NCBI RefSeq assembly: GCF_009914755.1
Contig: NC_060926.1
Reading direction: 5' to 3' (one strand)
Length of the DNA: 64,000 bases
DNA from: the human T2T-CHM13v2.0 reference genome, Homo sapiens
This document shows, piece after piece, positions 31,235-44,880 of the stretch (positions are counted from its first letter, which is position 1; each line of letters starts with the position of its first letter). Both the position numbers and the translations under genes were made by a program. Below the pieces are notes generated by a model. That model saw only the letters and a program-made list of their open reading frames with translations, searched no databases and was not told the DNA's origin.

Positions 31235-31760
31235 TTTAAAATGCAGGTCATCTTATTCAGGTGTGGTGAGGCCAACAGATCAGGAGACAGTTGGCACTGA
31301 AAAGATAGTTTGTTACTCACAGTTCCAAGAGGAGGAGGCACACCACACCATGCAGGGCCACACGGGGGCGCACCAGCCTCCAGGAGGCAGAAGGCAGGGA
31401 GCACAGGCAAGAGGCTGTATTGTGGTTTTCACAGAAGGAATATGGGCAAGGCAGAGCAAGCAGCCTAAGCAGATTTAGAATTGTCTAGTTTGAATAATTC
31501 AGCCAGCTCTGCAGCATAGGGGCTATCCCTTGCTGTCTGGTACTGGCCCTCTGATAATTACAGCAGGCAGATAGTAGCCTGGGAATGTTAAGAGTTTGAT
31601 AAAGGAGGTTGTTGAGGGTCAGGAACTCTGGGTTGGTTGGGGTGCATATGACAGGTATGTTCCCAGGTGAGTCATTTACTGTGTCTAGGAATTGGCCAGC
31701 CCTGGGAGGGACAGTCAGGTCCCAGACATCAAAACATCAGAATGAAAAGATACACTTAAT
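31235..31760 (-). mobile_element. ERVL-type solo LTR (MER54/MER76-group-like)
   Basis: 'gaggccaacagatcaggaga...aagatagtttgttactcacagttcc...tagtttgaataatt'; subfamily uncertain. Confidence 0.55.
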
Positions 31761-32027
31761 AAAAAGACAGACAATACTATTCACAAGATTGGGTTCGATC
31801 TGATTATTTTCCATGATGACCCTGATAGGAAGGTGAGGAAAACCACCAGGCCATCATGAACCAGATTCTTAAAGCCGGATGCACTGAGCTTACCAACACA
31901 CTGACAATGAAACACAGGAATCGGGTACAAAGACAGTGAATTCATGGAGTTCTTCCCCATTTACATGTCATAAGGACCCTCCTTTAAAAGCATCATGAGC
32001 CTAACTCAAAATGTGTTAAGCAAAAAT

Positions 32028-32212
32028 AAAGAAAAGGAAAGGGAAAAAGGAAGGAAAGATGGAAGGAAGGGAGACACAGAAGGAAAAGGAAAGAAGGAAG
32101 GAAGGGAAGAAATGAAGGAAGGAAGGGAAGGAAGGGAAGAAAGGAAGAAAGGAAGGGAGGGAGGGAGAGAGGAAAGGAAGGAGGGAAGGAAGGGAAGGAA
32201 GGAAGGAAGGAA
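32028..32212. repeat. Polypurine GGAA/GGGA-rich tract
   Basis: About 185 nt of almost pure A/G with (GGAA)n runs. Confidence 0.95.
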
Positions 32213-32599
32213 TTTGTTCATGCAAGAATCAGGTAACTGCAGGACTGGCTGAATCCAGGCCTCAGAAAATATGTGTGCAGTACTTTTCTCTCAACTCTGT
32301 TAGCCTTTCCTCTGAAGCAGGCTCCTACCATGAGGTGATAAAGATGTCTTCCTGCAATTCCATGCTAATCTCCTTCCTGTTAACCTCTATAGGAAGGATA
32401 TGCCTCTTAAAAGCTCTTGCAAAGCGCAGAAATCACCCTGATTGACCAGACTTGGGCCATGTGCCCACCCCGGAACCAATCTCTGTGGCTAAGGCAATGA
32501 GGTACTCTCATGCCAGGCTTCAGTTCCATAGCCCTCTCTGGAATCAGCAAATGGACACTGCTCCAACCAAACCACATGGTGTGAGCAGGGAAGGGATAG

Positions 32600-32929
<330 letters not shown>

Positions 32930-33004
32930 TAGTTCACCAGCAGCCACTGGAAGATGGCCTTTGTGCAGGCAGCAGCTGCCTTCACCAAAGTGCTGCACTA
33001 AAAC

Positions 33005-33168
33005 TAACAGTGTCCAGCTCACCAGTTACTTACTCCCTAACTCATCCCACTGCTAATATTTTAACAGTGTCCAGCTCACCAGTTACTTACCCCCTAACTC
33101 ATCCCACTACTAATATTTTAACAGTGTCCAGCTCACCAATTACTTACTCCCTAACTCATCCCACCACT
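33005..33168. repeat. 57-bp minisatellite, about 2.9 copies
   Basis: Unit taacagtgtccagctcaccagttacttactccctaactcatcccactgctaatattt starts at 33005, 33062 and 33119. Confidence 0.97.
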
Positions 33169-33315
33169 ATTTTCTGGTTGCAGATGTAGAAAAGCGTCAA
33201 ACTTACCAAAAGTTTCCTGCATGCCTTATAGTTTATCCTGTATTTTTAAACAATGAAATTTCATTTCTAATCTGTTTATAAATATGTATTTATTCATTAA
33301 AAAGTCCATAATATC

Positions 33316-33621
<306 letters not shown>

Positions 33622-34637
33622 TTAAAAAGTCCATAATATTGATAAAAGTCTTCACTCCAATTTCCATGACGTGGACATTTGAAATTATACACATGGGTGC
33701 ATCTAAGTGTTTGTGTTTATGTGTTGGATAGGTTGGAAGTAACAAGCCATATTTAGAAAGCTCCCCATTTTCAGAAAACTGAGCCTCCTTTCCAAAGGGC
33801 ACGTGCAAGATGACAGTATCACAGATGTCAAGTGACCTCTGACTACTGGTATCAGAAATAGGAAGATGCACATTAATGTGTTTGGAGTTCTTCCTCTGTG
33901 CCAGGCACTGTTCTTAGTTTTTAACGTATTCTCTCAGGTACTCCTCACAGCAATCCTCTCCTCCTTTTACAGATCAGAGAACGGAAGCCCTGAGAGATAG
34001 GTAGTATGTTTGAGGTCACATAACTATAAGTGGCCTCACTAGGATTGGAGCTCAGGGCTTCCAGTGCCAGAATCCATGTTCTTACTCATTAGACTACATT
34101 CCCTTTCAGTATAAGCCCAACATTGTGACTTTTCTAACTAATACCAAAAAAAAATAAAAAAGAATAAAAGAATAAACCAAACAATGAACCTAGGTCAGGA
34201 CGTTCTCGAAACATTCAGGTTTCGAGAATGTCCTTTGATTATTGAGGCAGAGGCTTATTTGGTCTATCTCTTAAGTGGGAGTTAATTATCCTAAAGACTT
34301 TAATGTTTCCTTTTTCAAAAAATCCAAATATCGGCAGAGATCACTCTGCAAATAGAGAAAAAAGCACCTTTCTACTTATGGGCCACAATGCGAGATGCAC
34401 AGCTGGAGCCACGAGATAAAGGACACTAGTGAATTTCATCTTCCATAGTGTTCATTTTGCACTGCCCTACATTTGTTTTGAGCTGCCATGACCACCAGGA
34501 ACTGAGTACCAGAACTTGTCCCTCCTCTGCCACTCTGCCAGGAGGAAACTGGTTTAAGAAGCCCCTTGGTATAAATTATGCATGCGACTGAACCTGGGAG
34601 TAAATGCAGAAAGAAAGGGACCTAAAGAGGCAGTTCC

Positions 34638-34948
<311 letters not shown>

Positions 34949-35129
34949 GAGGCAGTTTTTCATGGCAGTCTTCACATAGAGGTCCCTGCTGCACGGGCAT
35001 ATTGATGCTGAGTGGGACTGCTCCATTGCCACGGAGGCGACACATATTTATTTACTTGCCTAGGCCTGGATTACTTCACCTCTAATACCACAGAAATGAA
35101 GCCAGCTTTTATGTATGCATCCACACATA

Positions 35130-35750
35130 TATATTTTTATTTTATTGCTTAACCATCTGAGAGTAAGTTGCAGACATTGTACCATTAATCCCTTATCAGC
35201 ACGTATCTCCTAAGTCCAGGAATATTCTCCCTCCTAGCCACATACAATTACCACACTCAAGAAAGCAAACACTGGTGTAATAGTACTTTCTAATTTCTAA
35301 TTCATAGTCACATTTCTCTATTTATACCGATAATGTTCCTTTATAGCTTTTGTTCAACCTAGAATTCAACTCAGGATCATGCATTACATTTAGTGGTCCC
35401 ACTCTTTAGAATCTTTTCATCTAGAAGAGTCCCCCAGTCTTGTTTTTCATGACATCGACATTTTTGAAGAAGATGGGCCAGTTGCTTTGCAGAATTACCT
35501 TCGATTTGGATTTTTCTATTTCCTCATAATGAGATTCAGATCAAACCTTTTTGGCAGGAATATCACAGAGGTGATGTTGTGTCCCTCTCAGCCCATCATA
35601 TCAAGGGATGAAAAATGTCAGTTTCTTCCACTGTAAGTGATGTTAAATTTTATTATTTGGTTAAAGGTGATATCTGCCCCATTTTTCCATTGTAAAGACA
35701 CTTTGCCTCTTTTTAATGAATAAGTAGTCTGTGATAATTTGAGACCACAT
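35130..35750 (-). mobile_element. Old L1 (L1MC-like) 3' fragment
   Basis: 'aaccatctgagagtaagttgcagacat', 'ggccagttgctttgcagaat' and 'ttttggcaggaatatcacagaggtgatg'. Confidence 0.75.
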
Positions 35751-36479
35751 GAAGCCAATTTTTAAACCCAAATATTAATAGCAACTATTGTTTTACATGT
35801 GAAATAAAGACCACTCCCTCTGAAAGAGGTGAAGCCGAGGCCTCAGTCACTTGGGTTCCTGGGTTTCCTGCTTCCTAGAGCAGGCCCTGTTGCTGTTGAG
35901 AAGAGAAAACAGAAGCAGAGTGTAGGGTATGCTCTATGGAATGCTACCATCAATCCTGATACCCTCTGACTTCCATCTGGAAGGTAGCACTTTTTATTTA
36001 ACCCTGAGGAAGGAATGCAATCATTGACTCTGCCTAGCACAACTACTTTTTGTTCAGAAATCTGTATCCAATAATCTCATCAGCTCTAAAGCTGGGATCT
36101 CCCTAGTCAGAGCCTTAGGACTAGGGGTGGAAGGAGTTTGCACCCTCTCCAGTCCTCCTTCCATCTCAGGATTTCATCCGTAAGATGAGAATAAAAACCA
36201 CCACCACTCAATTCCTCCCAGTTCTTGGCAATTTTCCAAATGAACAGCCACGATTCTAGCCAAGAGTCATGTCATTTTGGCCACCGGAGATATCAGGTCC
36301 CTGGTGCTTAGCAGGACTGGAAAAGAGGGACAAACCTGAGAATGAGTGGAATAAACCATCCTAACACCAGGACAATTTCTCCCTTCTAGCCACAATACAA
36401 TTACCAGTTCTTCATAGCAGTCTTCACACAGAGGTCCTTCAACCAAGTTAGAAGAGAGCTTCCTTCTCCTTCCTGCTGA

Positions 36480-36719
<240 letters not shown>

Positions 36720-38124
36720 TAGACGCCCCCCACTGGCTTGAATGTGGCTCATTGCCAGGGCCGCATGGCTGCTATGATGTAAGTTTTCTGAAAGGCATTC
36801 CATTGAAAAGGGGTAATTGACACTGTTTCTGATGATGTCAGTGGGATTAATGTTCCCCATGCATATTTCTAAAGGGTCAGTACATGTTTTAAGGGTTTGC
36901 TGCAGCAACATGCACTGCTACGCTGTTTTGGGCTTTCCTCACTCCTGGCAGCAGCATTTGATGACACAGCTCCCTGTGCTCCTGGGGGAGACACACTACT
37001 GGATTTACCAGGCACACTCCAAACTGAGCCATAACCCTTGCCCCCTGAGGCAAGAGAGCCCGATGAGCCTGCCAACAGAAGAGTCCCCAGACAGAAGTCA
37101 ACTCCAGCCCAGGGCAGAGCCTGTTCACAGAGACGGAAAGACCCTAATTTCTAGGGAAGGGTGAGGCAGGGCAAGGCCATTCCCTCTAGGATTTAGCCTC
37201 ACTTCAAGTACTTATCCTTAAGGAGTCAAGGAGGGGACTAAGATGCTTATACAGAGCAATAATGCAAGGACAGTGCAAGAGCAGCTCCCCCGGGGCTTCC
37301 ATCTAAAGGTAGCTCATAGAGCAAAAATGGCTTAAAGCCCAAGTTACCCCTGAAAAATCCCTGGGAAGGTGCCACGCTGGAGACTGACAGACCATTTTCA
37401 GGAATATGTGGTCCAGGCAGCTGTTTCTGCTTCGTTGAAGGCTTGGGCTGCTTTCTCAGTTTGAGCACCAGATGAAGGAGATGACATGTGTTTGGGGGAC
37501 AGATTGTATAAAGAAAGAGGTATCTCTGTTAACAGCAGAATCACACTCAGGGCTGTGAGAAGCTCACACTTTGAGAGGCATGTGGGAACAGAGAGCCATC
37601 ACAGAGGCAACAGATTTCACATCTTTCATTTCATGCTCACTCAGGGACAGAATGCCTCAGTATTTAAATCAGTCTCACTTGCTCTCTGTCTCCCCCACTG
37701 CCCAGCACACCCCCTTCTCATTCTCTCCCCAGAGCATATATAGTTGAATTCTTTAAGCATAAATTAAATCCACAGATTAATAGTTCCATTCTGTGTTTGC
37801 AGCTTCTGTTTCAGGCTGAGATGGTCAAAATTAAATCCCTTCCTTCCCCGCAACATTCTCTCTATCCCTAGAGACGTTGTTTTCACCTAGAAACCGTTCC
37901 AGGGTTGGAACTTCTCTTTCACAACCCCCTCCCCTTTATACTTGTGTGACAGCAATGCTCTTTTCATTTTGATACAATTGAACCAAACTTGGTGTACTGT
38001 TATGTCCCCACCTGGGGCCTTCCTAGGAAGTTGCATGGCCTGGGACAAATCACAGCAAATGGATACTCAGGCCTACTTTAGACATCCTTATAAAGGGAGA
38101 ATCTGATTAGAATAGAATGCCAGT

Positions 38125-38494
<370 letters not shown>

Positions 38495-38498
38495 TCAA

Positions 38499-38805
38499 GT
38501 ATGTGTGTTGGGTGTGTGCATGTGTGTAAGTGAATGTGGGATGTGTGCTTATATGCCCATGAGTACCTGTATGTGCTTGTGTGCATGCATGTCATTGTGC
38601 ACATCTATATAGGCATGGCTGCATATGCACGTGCATGTCTACATATTCAGTCCTGTGAATGTATGTGTCATATGCTCATGTATGTCACTGTTCATGTGTA
38701 TGGGGGTGTGTGTGCATGCCTGCCCTGTGAGAGTGTGCATATATGTGTGTGTGCCCCTGTGTGAATATGTCAGTGTGTTTGTAAGTGTGCATGTGTATGT
38801 GTGTA
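38499..38805. repeat. Degenerate (TG/CA/TA) dinucleotide low-complexity tract
   Basis: About 300 nt of imperfect purine-pyrimidine alternation. Confidence 0.9.
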
Positions 38806-38891
38806 CTCCTTAGCATCCACTCTAGCTGGTGGCCTGCTAGTCCAGGTAGCTGGACTCCTGGACTCTTTGTCTTGGAGATGGGGAAGGTAAG

Positions 38892-39695
38892 TATGGTATA
38901 ATATGAATAAATTTGATCTTTGTCCCTGGTTTCTATTACTAAGCTAAAACTCTTGGAATTTTCTGAATGATAGTAGTATCTTTTGTTATTAATAATGAGC
39001 CCCTTTGAAAACACCTGAGTTTATGCTAATGAGGTGATGTAGGGTAAGGCCCCTAGGTAGCCTCATGATGGGTGACCAGAAGGACCAAGCGATAAGAGGA
39101 TTAGAGGGTTGGAGCTTCCAGCCACAACCTCCAGGAAAGGGGAGGGGACACTGGAGATCAAGCTCTTTATTAGCTGTTGACCACGAATTGATAAGCTTCA
39201 GCATTGCTGAGCGTGTCTAGGTGGGAGGGCAGCAGGCCCAGAGAGGGCACGGAAGCTCGGCACATGCTTGCCCATCTCTTCATATGGCTGTTCACGATAT
39301 CCTTTCTAATGTCCTTTATAAATAAGCCAGAAAATATAAGTAAGCGTTTCCCTGAGTTCTGCGAGCTGTCCTACCAAATTGTTGAACCCAAGGAGAGGGA
39401 GGATTGTGGAGGCCCAATTTAGAGCTGGTCGGTCAGAAGTACAGGTCACAATCTGGGACTTGCAATTGGCATCTGAAGTGGGGGGCAGTCTTGTGGACTG
39501 AGCCCTACCCTGTGGGATCTGACACCATCTCCAGGTAAAGAGTGTCAGAACTGAATTAAATTATAGGACAACCAGTTGGTATCTGCTGGAGAATTGCTTG
39601 GCATGGGGGAAACCCCGCAATCTAGTCCCAGGAGTGTTCTGGGTTGAGCGTTGAGATTCAAGTGGGGAATAAATGACTTGTTTTTTACTTTTACA
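38892..39695 (+). mobile_element. MER21-family solo LTR (ERVL)
   Basis: 'acacctgagtttatgctaatgaggtga', 'aatataagtaagcgtttccctgagttctgcgagc' and 'ctgtgggatctgacaccatctccaggt...gtgtcagaactgaattaaatt'. Confidence 0.85.
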
Positions 39696-40097
39696 GTCAG
39701 GTTATAAAAAATACCTTCAATCTTTCTAAGTAACTAGGGAGACACAGCATCCTTCATCTTGACCTGAGCCCCTGGCATCACCAAGCCATCCCAGTATTTC
39801 ATCTAGAGGTTCTGGCCGTGCATGCTGAGTACTGCACAGGACATCTGATGGAGGCGGACAGCAGAGGCAGGAAGCAGGAAGCCCTGTTCTCAGGGGCTGG
39901 GCTGCATACAGCTGAAGGAAGGGACTCCCTTTCCTTCACACAGAGTGCCCCCGCTCACTTAGCCCTGCCCCTGAGGTAGCCAGGCTCTCCTGAAGGCATG
40001 ATGTAGGCAAGTGGTAGCCCCTCCCTGTTCATCCCACCTTGACCCCCGGAAGGCAGGGCCTGAACAATAGCCCTGCTCTGCTGAGTCCCAGGAGTAG

Positions 40098-40511
<414 letters not shown>

Positions 40512-42089
40512 TAGCTCAGAGACAATGATCCAATGTTTGCATAACAAGTTTACTCTTGCTGGAGCATTTGGAGAGAGAAGTTCCAGTGGAATGGCTTGGA
40601 AGAGGTCTAATGTGCCACGCTGATGCCTTGATGAGAATGATAAAGTCCTTTTGGTATTTGCCCAAACTAAACACTGCCTTTTCTCTTCTTTCCAACCACC
40701 CTGCAGAGGTGGAGACGGCTAATTGGTAATCCAATCAGGTATCCTTGTTATGTACATTGGTTCATCCCTGTGAATCATCTGGCTCCTACAGATAGCAAGG
40801 CAGTTTCCAAAAACCCTTCTGGCATGTTCACTTTTTAGAAAAGAGATGCTGCCTCTGGGCAATAGCCATTTTGCAAAGGAAAAAAGAAATGAAGTCAGAG
40901 GGTGATGAGCATCAACCACCCAGAAACCACCGTGATGTGTATGCATGAGTCTGCAGCCAGCAGGCTCCTTGATGTGGGAGATTAAAAGCTGCACTCATCT
41001 GGGGGGTTACGTCATGACCCGCTCAATAAAAAGAACATGGATTCAGAGCTAGGAGATTTGAGGAGCTCTGGCCTCGTCTCTAAGTTGCCAGATGACTTTG
41101 AGTCAGTCCCTCATCCTCCCTGTATCCAAGGTTCCTCCACCAAAATGAGAGGATTGATTCCTCCCCTGAGAAATTCCTTGACCATTGCTGCATTTTACAT
41201 CTTGTGTCCGCTGCTATTGAAGCAGCCACCCAGTATATGGATTTCCAGAAAGTAGAATGTATTTGATTCCAAATTCAGCATCAAAGAACTTCCATCAGCA
41301 GTTGGTTTATACCAGGATATGAGTATAAAAATATCTTGGTTCTGAATTGGTGGAAGCAGGAGTTAGACAGGTGGAGGCCACTGTCAGCATGACACAGCTG
41401 GTGCAACAGCTGGAAAGCAAATATGATTCTGTTCACCTGCTGCACATTTGTCCACTCTGTTCCAGGAGAAATAGTTCCCCCTTTTGGCACAGCAAAAGCT
41501 AGAAGCAGAAAAGGAAATATTTAGGCTGTAAGTTTATTGTCACCATTGTCAATATGACAATGCTTCAGTCATTTTAGTATCCCTGGCACCTAGCATAGTC
41601 CCTGACATATACATAGAAGGGTCACAATAAATGTTCATTTAAATTTTTTGAAAAATATTTCAATAATTTCCATGACATGGAGAAAGAGAAAGATGAAACT
41701 TATGCTGATAAATGAAGACATGCCTGCCATCTTGTCCCAGTCCCACAGATGGTATATTTAATCCTACTTGCCTCTCAAACCTAAAGGCATTCACTGCATG
41801 CTTATTGAATGAATGAATGAATGAATGAATGAGTTAGCCACTGACCTTTCTCAAGCCTTTCCTCCATGGGCAGTTGGTTGACCTTCAGTCTTGATGGTGA
41901 CAGGATGTTGCTCAAGAAGGTGGTGAAAGATCTTAAACCCACATCTTCCTATAAAGGTCTGGCTTTCTAAGAGTCTCTATTAATAAGCAAAGATTTTTTT
42001 GGTTTGGGCTTTTTTGTTTGTTTGTTTGTTTTGGTTTGGTTTGGTTTGGGAGACAGTATACTGAAAAAAATTTTTCCTCTCGCAAAATA

Positions 42090-42168
42090 TTAGGTTGGAG
42101 CAAAAGTAATTGCGGTTTTGCCATTACTTTTAATTGCAAAAACCACAATTACTTTTGCACCAACCTAT
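42090..42168. mobile_element. MADE1 (Hsmar1-derived MITE)
   Basis: Palindrome ttaggttggagcaaaagtaattgcggttttgcc...aaaaccacaattacttttgcaccaaccta with flanking TA. Confidence 0.95.
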
Positions 42169-43227
42169 AATTGCTCCAACCACACCGAACTCTTTGCAGA
42201 TCAGTTTGTTCAAAACCATCTTAATCACCGTCTCCACCCTCCCCTTCCAGCCTCATCTCCTACTATATTCCAGCCCACCCCTTGTTCATCTCTTTGATGA
42301 CCTAAAAATTCAGTCTTCATTCTTTTCTCTCCAAACTTTTGCTCAAGTTTCCCCCAAATATTTAGAATAGCTTTAAGTTCATCTTTTCTGGAACATTTTC
42401 CTTAATAAATCCACCTCATTGCACACAGCTGCCTAGATGTAGCCTCGGCCCCATTCCTCTCTCTCTTTCTCAATCCCACTTTTGTGATTATTGTATGTAT
42501 CTGCATCTGTTTTCTGTTTAGCTTCCAATATGAGTCCTAGAGAACATCTCATCTCCATCATATGTCCAGGAAAAGCTTGTTGATTGACTGAATACTCCAG
42601 GTGCCACAAAGGAAAGTTCTTTAGGGATCATAGTTGTTGCTGGGTTTTTTGTTTTTTGTTTTAATTAAAAAAAAAAAAAAAACTCTTGAGTAAAGGAAGG
42701 AATACGATCCATCTGGTCTTTCTGAGACTTCCAGGCTCTGTCAACAACTATTTGGAAATAAATTCTTAGGCAATTAGATCATGGTATCTTCTTTCAGACA
42801 GCATAGGGAAATGAATATAAACCTTCAGAAGGAAAAAAAAAAAAGATGTGAAGACTAGAGCTGGAATTTGACCCTTTTGGTCATGTTGGGATATTGAACA
42901 TTTAGAAAATTGAGAGTCTTGAGAAAGGAAAAGTTAACTTAGAAGGATACATGTCAAACCACTGGATATGCCCTCTGAATTGCTTATCCTTGATTCAAAT
43001 CCTTCATCTACTCCCCTAGTCACAGTGCCAGCAATAGAAGTTTTCTCTCAGAAGTTCTTTTATTCAGAAGTTTGTTTTACAAGGAAGTTCAAGGATGTTT
43101 ATGCCAATGATTCAGGTTGGGCATCAAGTCCCACGTAAATTTAAATTCCTGGTCTCTTTCAGAGTTTCTGTTTAGTATTTGTTCTTGTTCTAAATGGATT
43201 TTTACCCTCAAAATGTCTCTTGGGTGT

Positions 43228-43525
43228 TTTTTGTTTTTTTAGACAGGGTCTTGCTCTGTCGCACAGGCTAGAGTACAGTGGTGCAATCATGGCTCACTGA
43301 AGCCTCAAACTCCTGGGTTCAAGCTATCCTCCCACCTCAGCCTCCAAATAGCTGGGGCTACAGGCACGAGCCACCATGCCCGGCTTTTTTTTTTTTTTTT
43401 TTTTTTTTTTTGAGATGGGGTCTCCCTGTGTTGCCCAGGCTGGTCTCAAACTCCTGGCCTCAAGCAATCCTCCCACCTAGGTCTCTCAAAACACTGGGAT
43501 ACAGGCATGAGCCACTGCACCCAGC
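43228..43525 (-). mobile_element. Alu (AluJ-like)
   Basis: Antisense dimer with expanded middle T tract. Confidence 0.92.
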
Positions 43526-43595
43526 CTTTCTTGTTTGTTTGTTGTTGTTATTTGTCATTTAATTAGCATCCTTCCCCCTTGCAACTCTTTCTTGG

Positions 43596-44141
43596 TGTGG
43601 TGGTTTTAAAATACATCCACAAATTCTTTGACACTTCCCCCTTCAAAAGGGAGAAACTAACTCTTCTCCCCTTGAGTGTGAGTGGGATATGATGGCTCAC
43701 TTCTAAATAAAGATAGACTATGGCAGAATTGATGGTATGTGACTTCTGAGACTGGGGTCATAAAAGGCACCAAGGCTTCCTCCTTGCTCTCTCTCTCGGA
43801 TTACTCACTCTGGGGAAAGCCAACCACCATGTCTGTGATGAGGCCACTCAAGCAGCCTATGGCAAGCAGTCCACATGGCAAGGAACAGAAGCCCCTTGCC
43901 AACAGCCAGAATGAACTTCCTAGGCTTGTGTGGGAGTTGCCTTGAGAGGAGGTTCTCCAGCCCCAGTCAAGTCTTCAGATGACTGCATCCCTGGCTGACA
44001 CTCTGTCTGTGACCTCACAAAAGGCTGCACCAGAACCACACACCTAAGCCACTCCAAGATTCCCACAGAAACTGAGGCATAACAAAGGTTTATTGTTTTA
44101 GGTTTCAGGATCATTTATTTTGCAGTAATAGATAACTAGTA
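43596..44141 (+). mobile_element. MaLR solo LTR (MLT1E/F-like)
   Basis: Starts 'tgtggtggttttaaaatacatccacaaattctttgac' and ends 'gcagtaatagataact'. Confidence 0.85.
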
Positions 44142-44587
44142 TTCTAGATAACTAGTATTCTTGGTGTCATTTTGTGATGGTCTGTGATTTGGTTGACAGA
44201 AAGATGAGTCTAAGAATATCCCAGCTGGTCTGAAAACACTGATCATTTAGGGGTAAACATAGGCTAAGTGACTGTTCTCCCATTTTTCCTTTGTGATAAG
44301 TTGGTTGTGGGACCCCACGGGTAAAAGAATCCTTCCATGTTGGTGGGGTACTGTTTAAAGTATGATTTTCCTTAAGTAGCCCATCTCTTAGTAGCTGTTA
44401 CCTTACTGATGATGCCGAGAGATGTAAGGGAGGACAATTAATTTTGATAAGGCCATGTGAGGAAGAAGAAAAAACTCTGGTTTTATTCCCACCTGTACTG
44501 CCCAGGATTTCTGTGATCACAGGCAAATAACTTCATTGCCTTGGACCTCAGCTTCCTCATATGGAAAAAGAGGAGTTGGTATTAGAT

Positions 44588-44880
44588 CCAGTCCTCACAG
44601 CACATGTCCCGTCGAACTCCAATTCCTCAGAAGGTTAACAGGCATTGTGTAAAAAAGGAAAGGTTCTAGGGCCAGATACATTTGGAAACCAGTGGACCAA
44701 AGTTAAGCAGATCCCTTACCGCAGGACTTCCTAGAGCCTCCGATATGCTGATGTGCACCGTGGTTCTTCAGGATGGGGATATGCACTGTTTCCCAAACTT
44801 ATTTGATCACTGAATCCCTTTGTTTTTGGTAAAGCATCATGTGGATCTAAAAAGTTTTTGGCAAACTTTGGAAAATGCTA
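44588..44880. mobile_element. Old hAT-Charlie-type DNA element remnant
   Basis: 'tttcccaaacttatttgatcac...tttggaaaatgct' type ends; family uncertain. Confidence 0.5.

Noticed and set aside
31995-32252. Charged or Phe/Leu/Pro/Ser-rich ORFs
   Set aside because: Translations of the GGAA simple repeat.
33005-33168. Possible CRISPR-like array
   Set aside because: The units are contiguous with no unique spacers, there are no cas genes, and the context is human.
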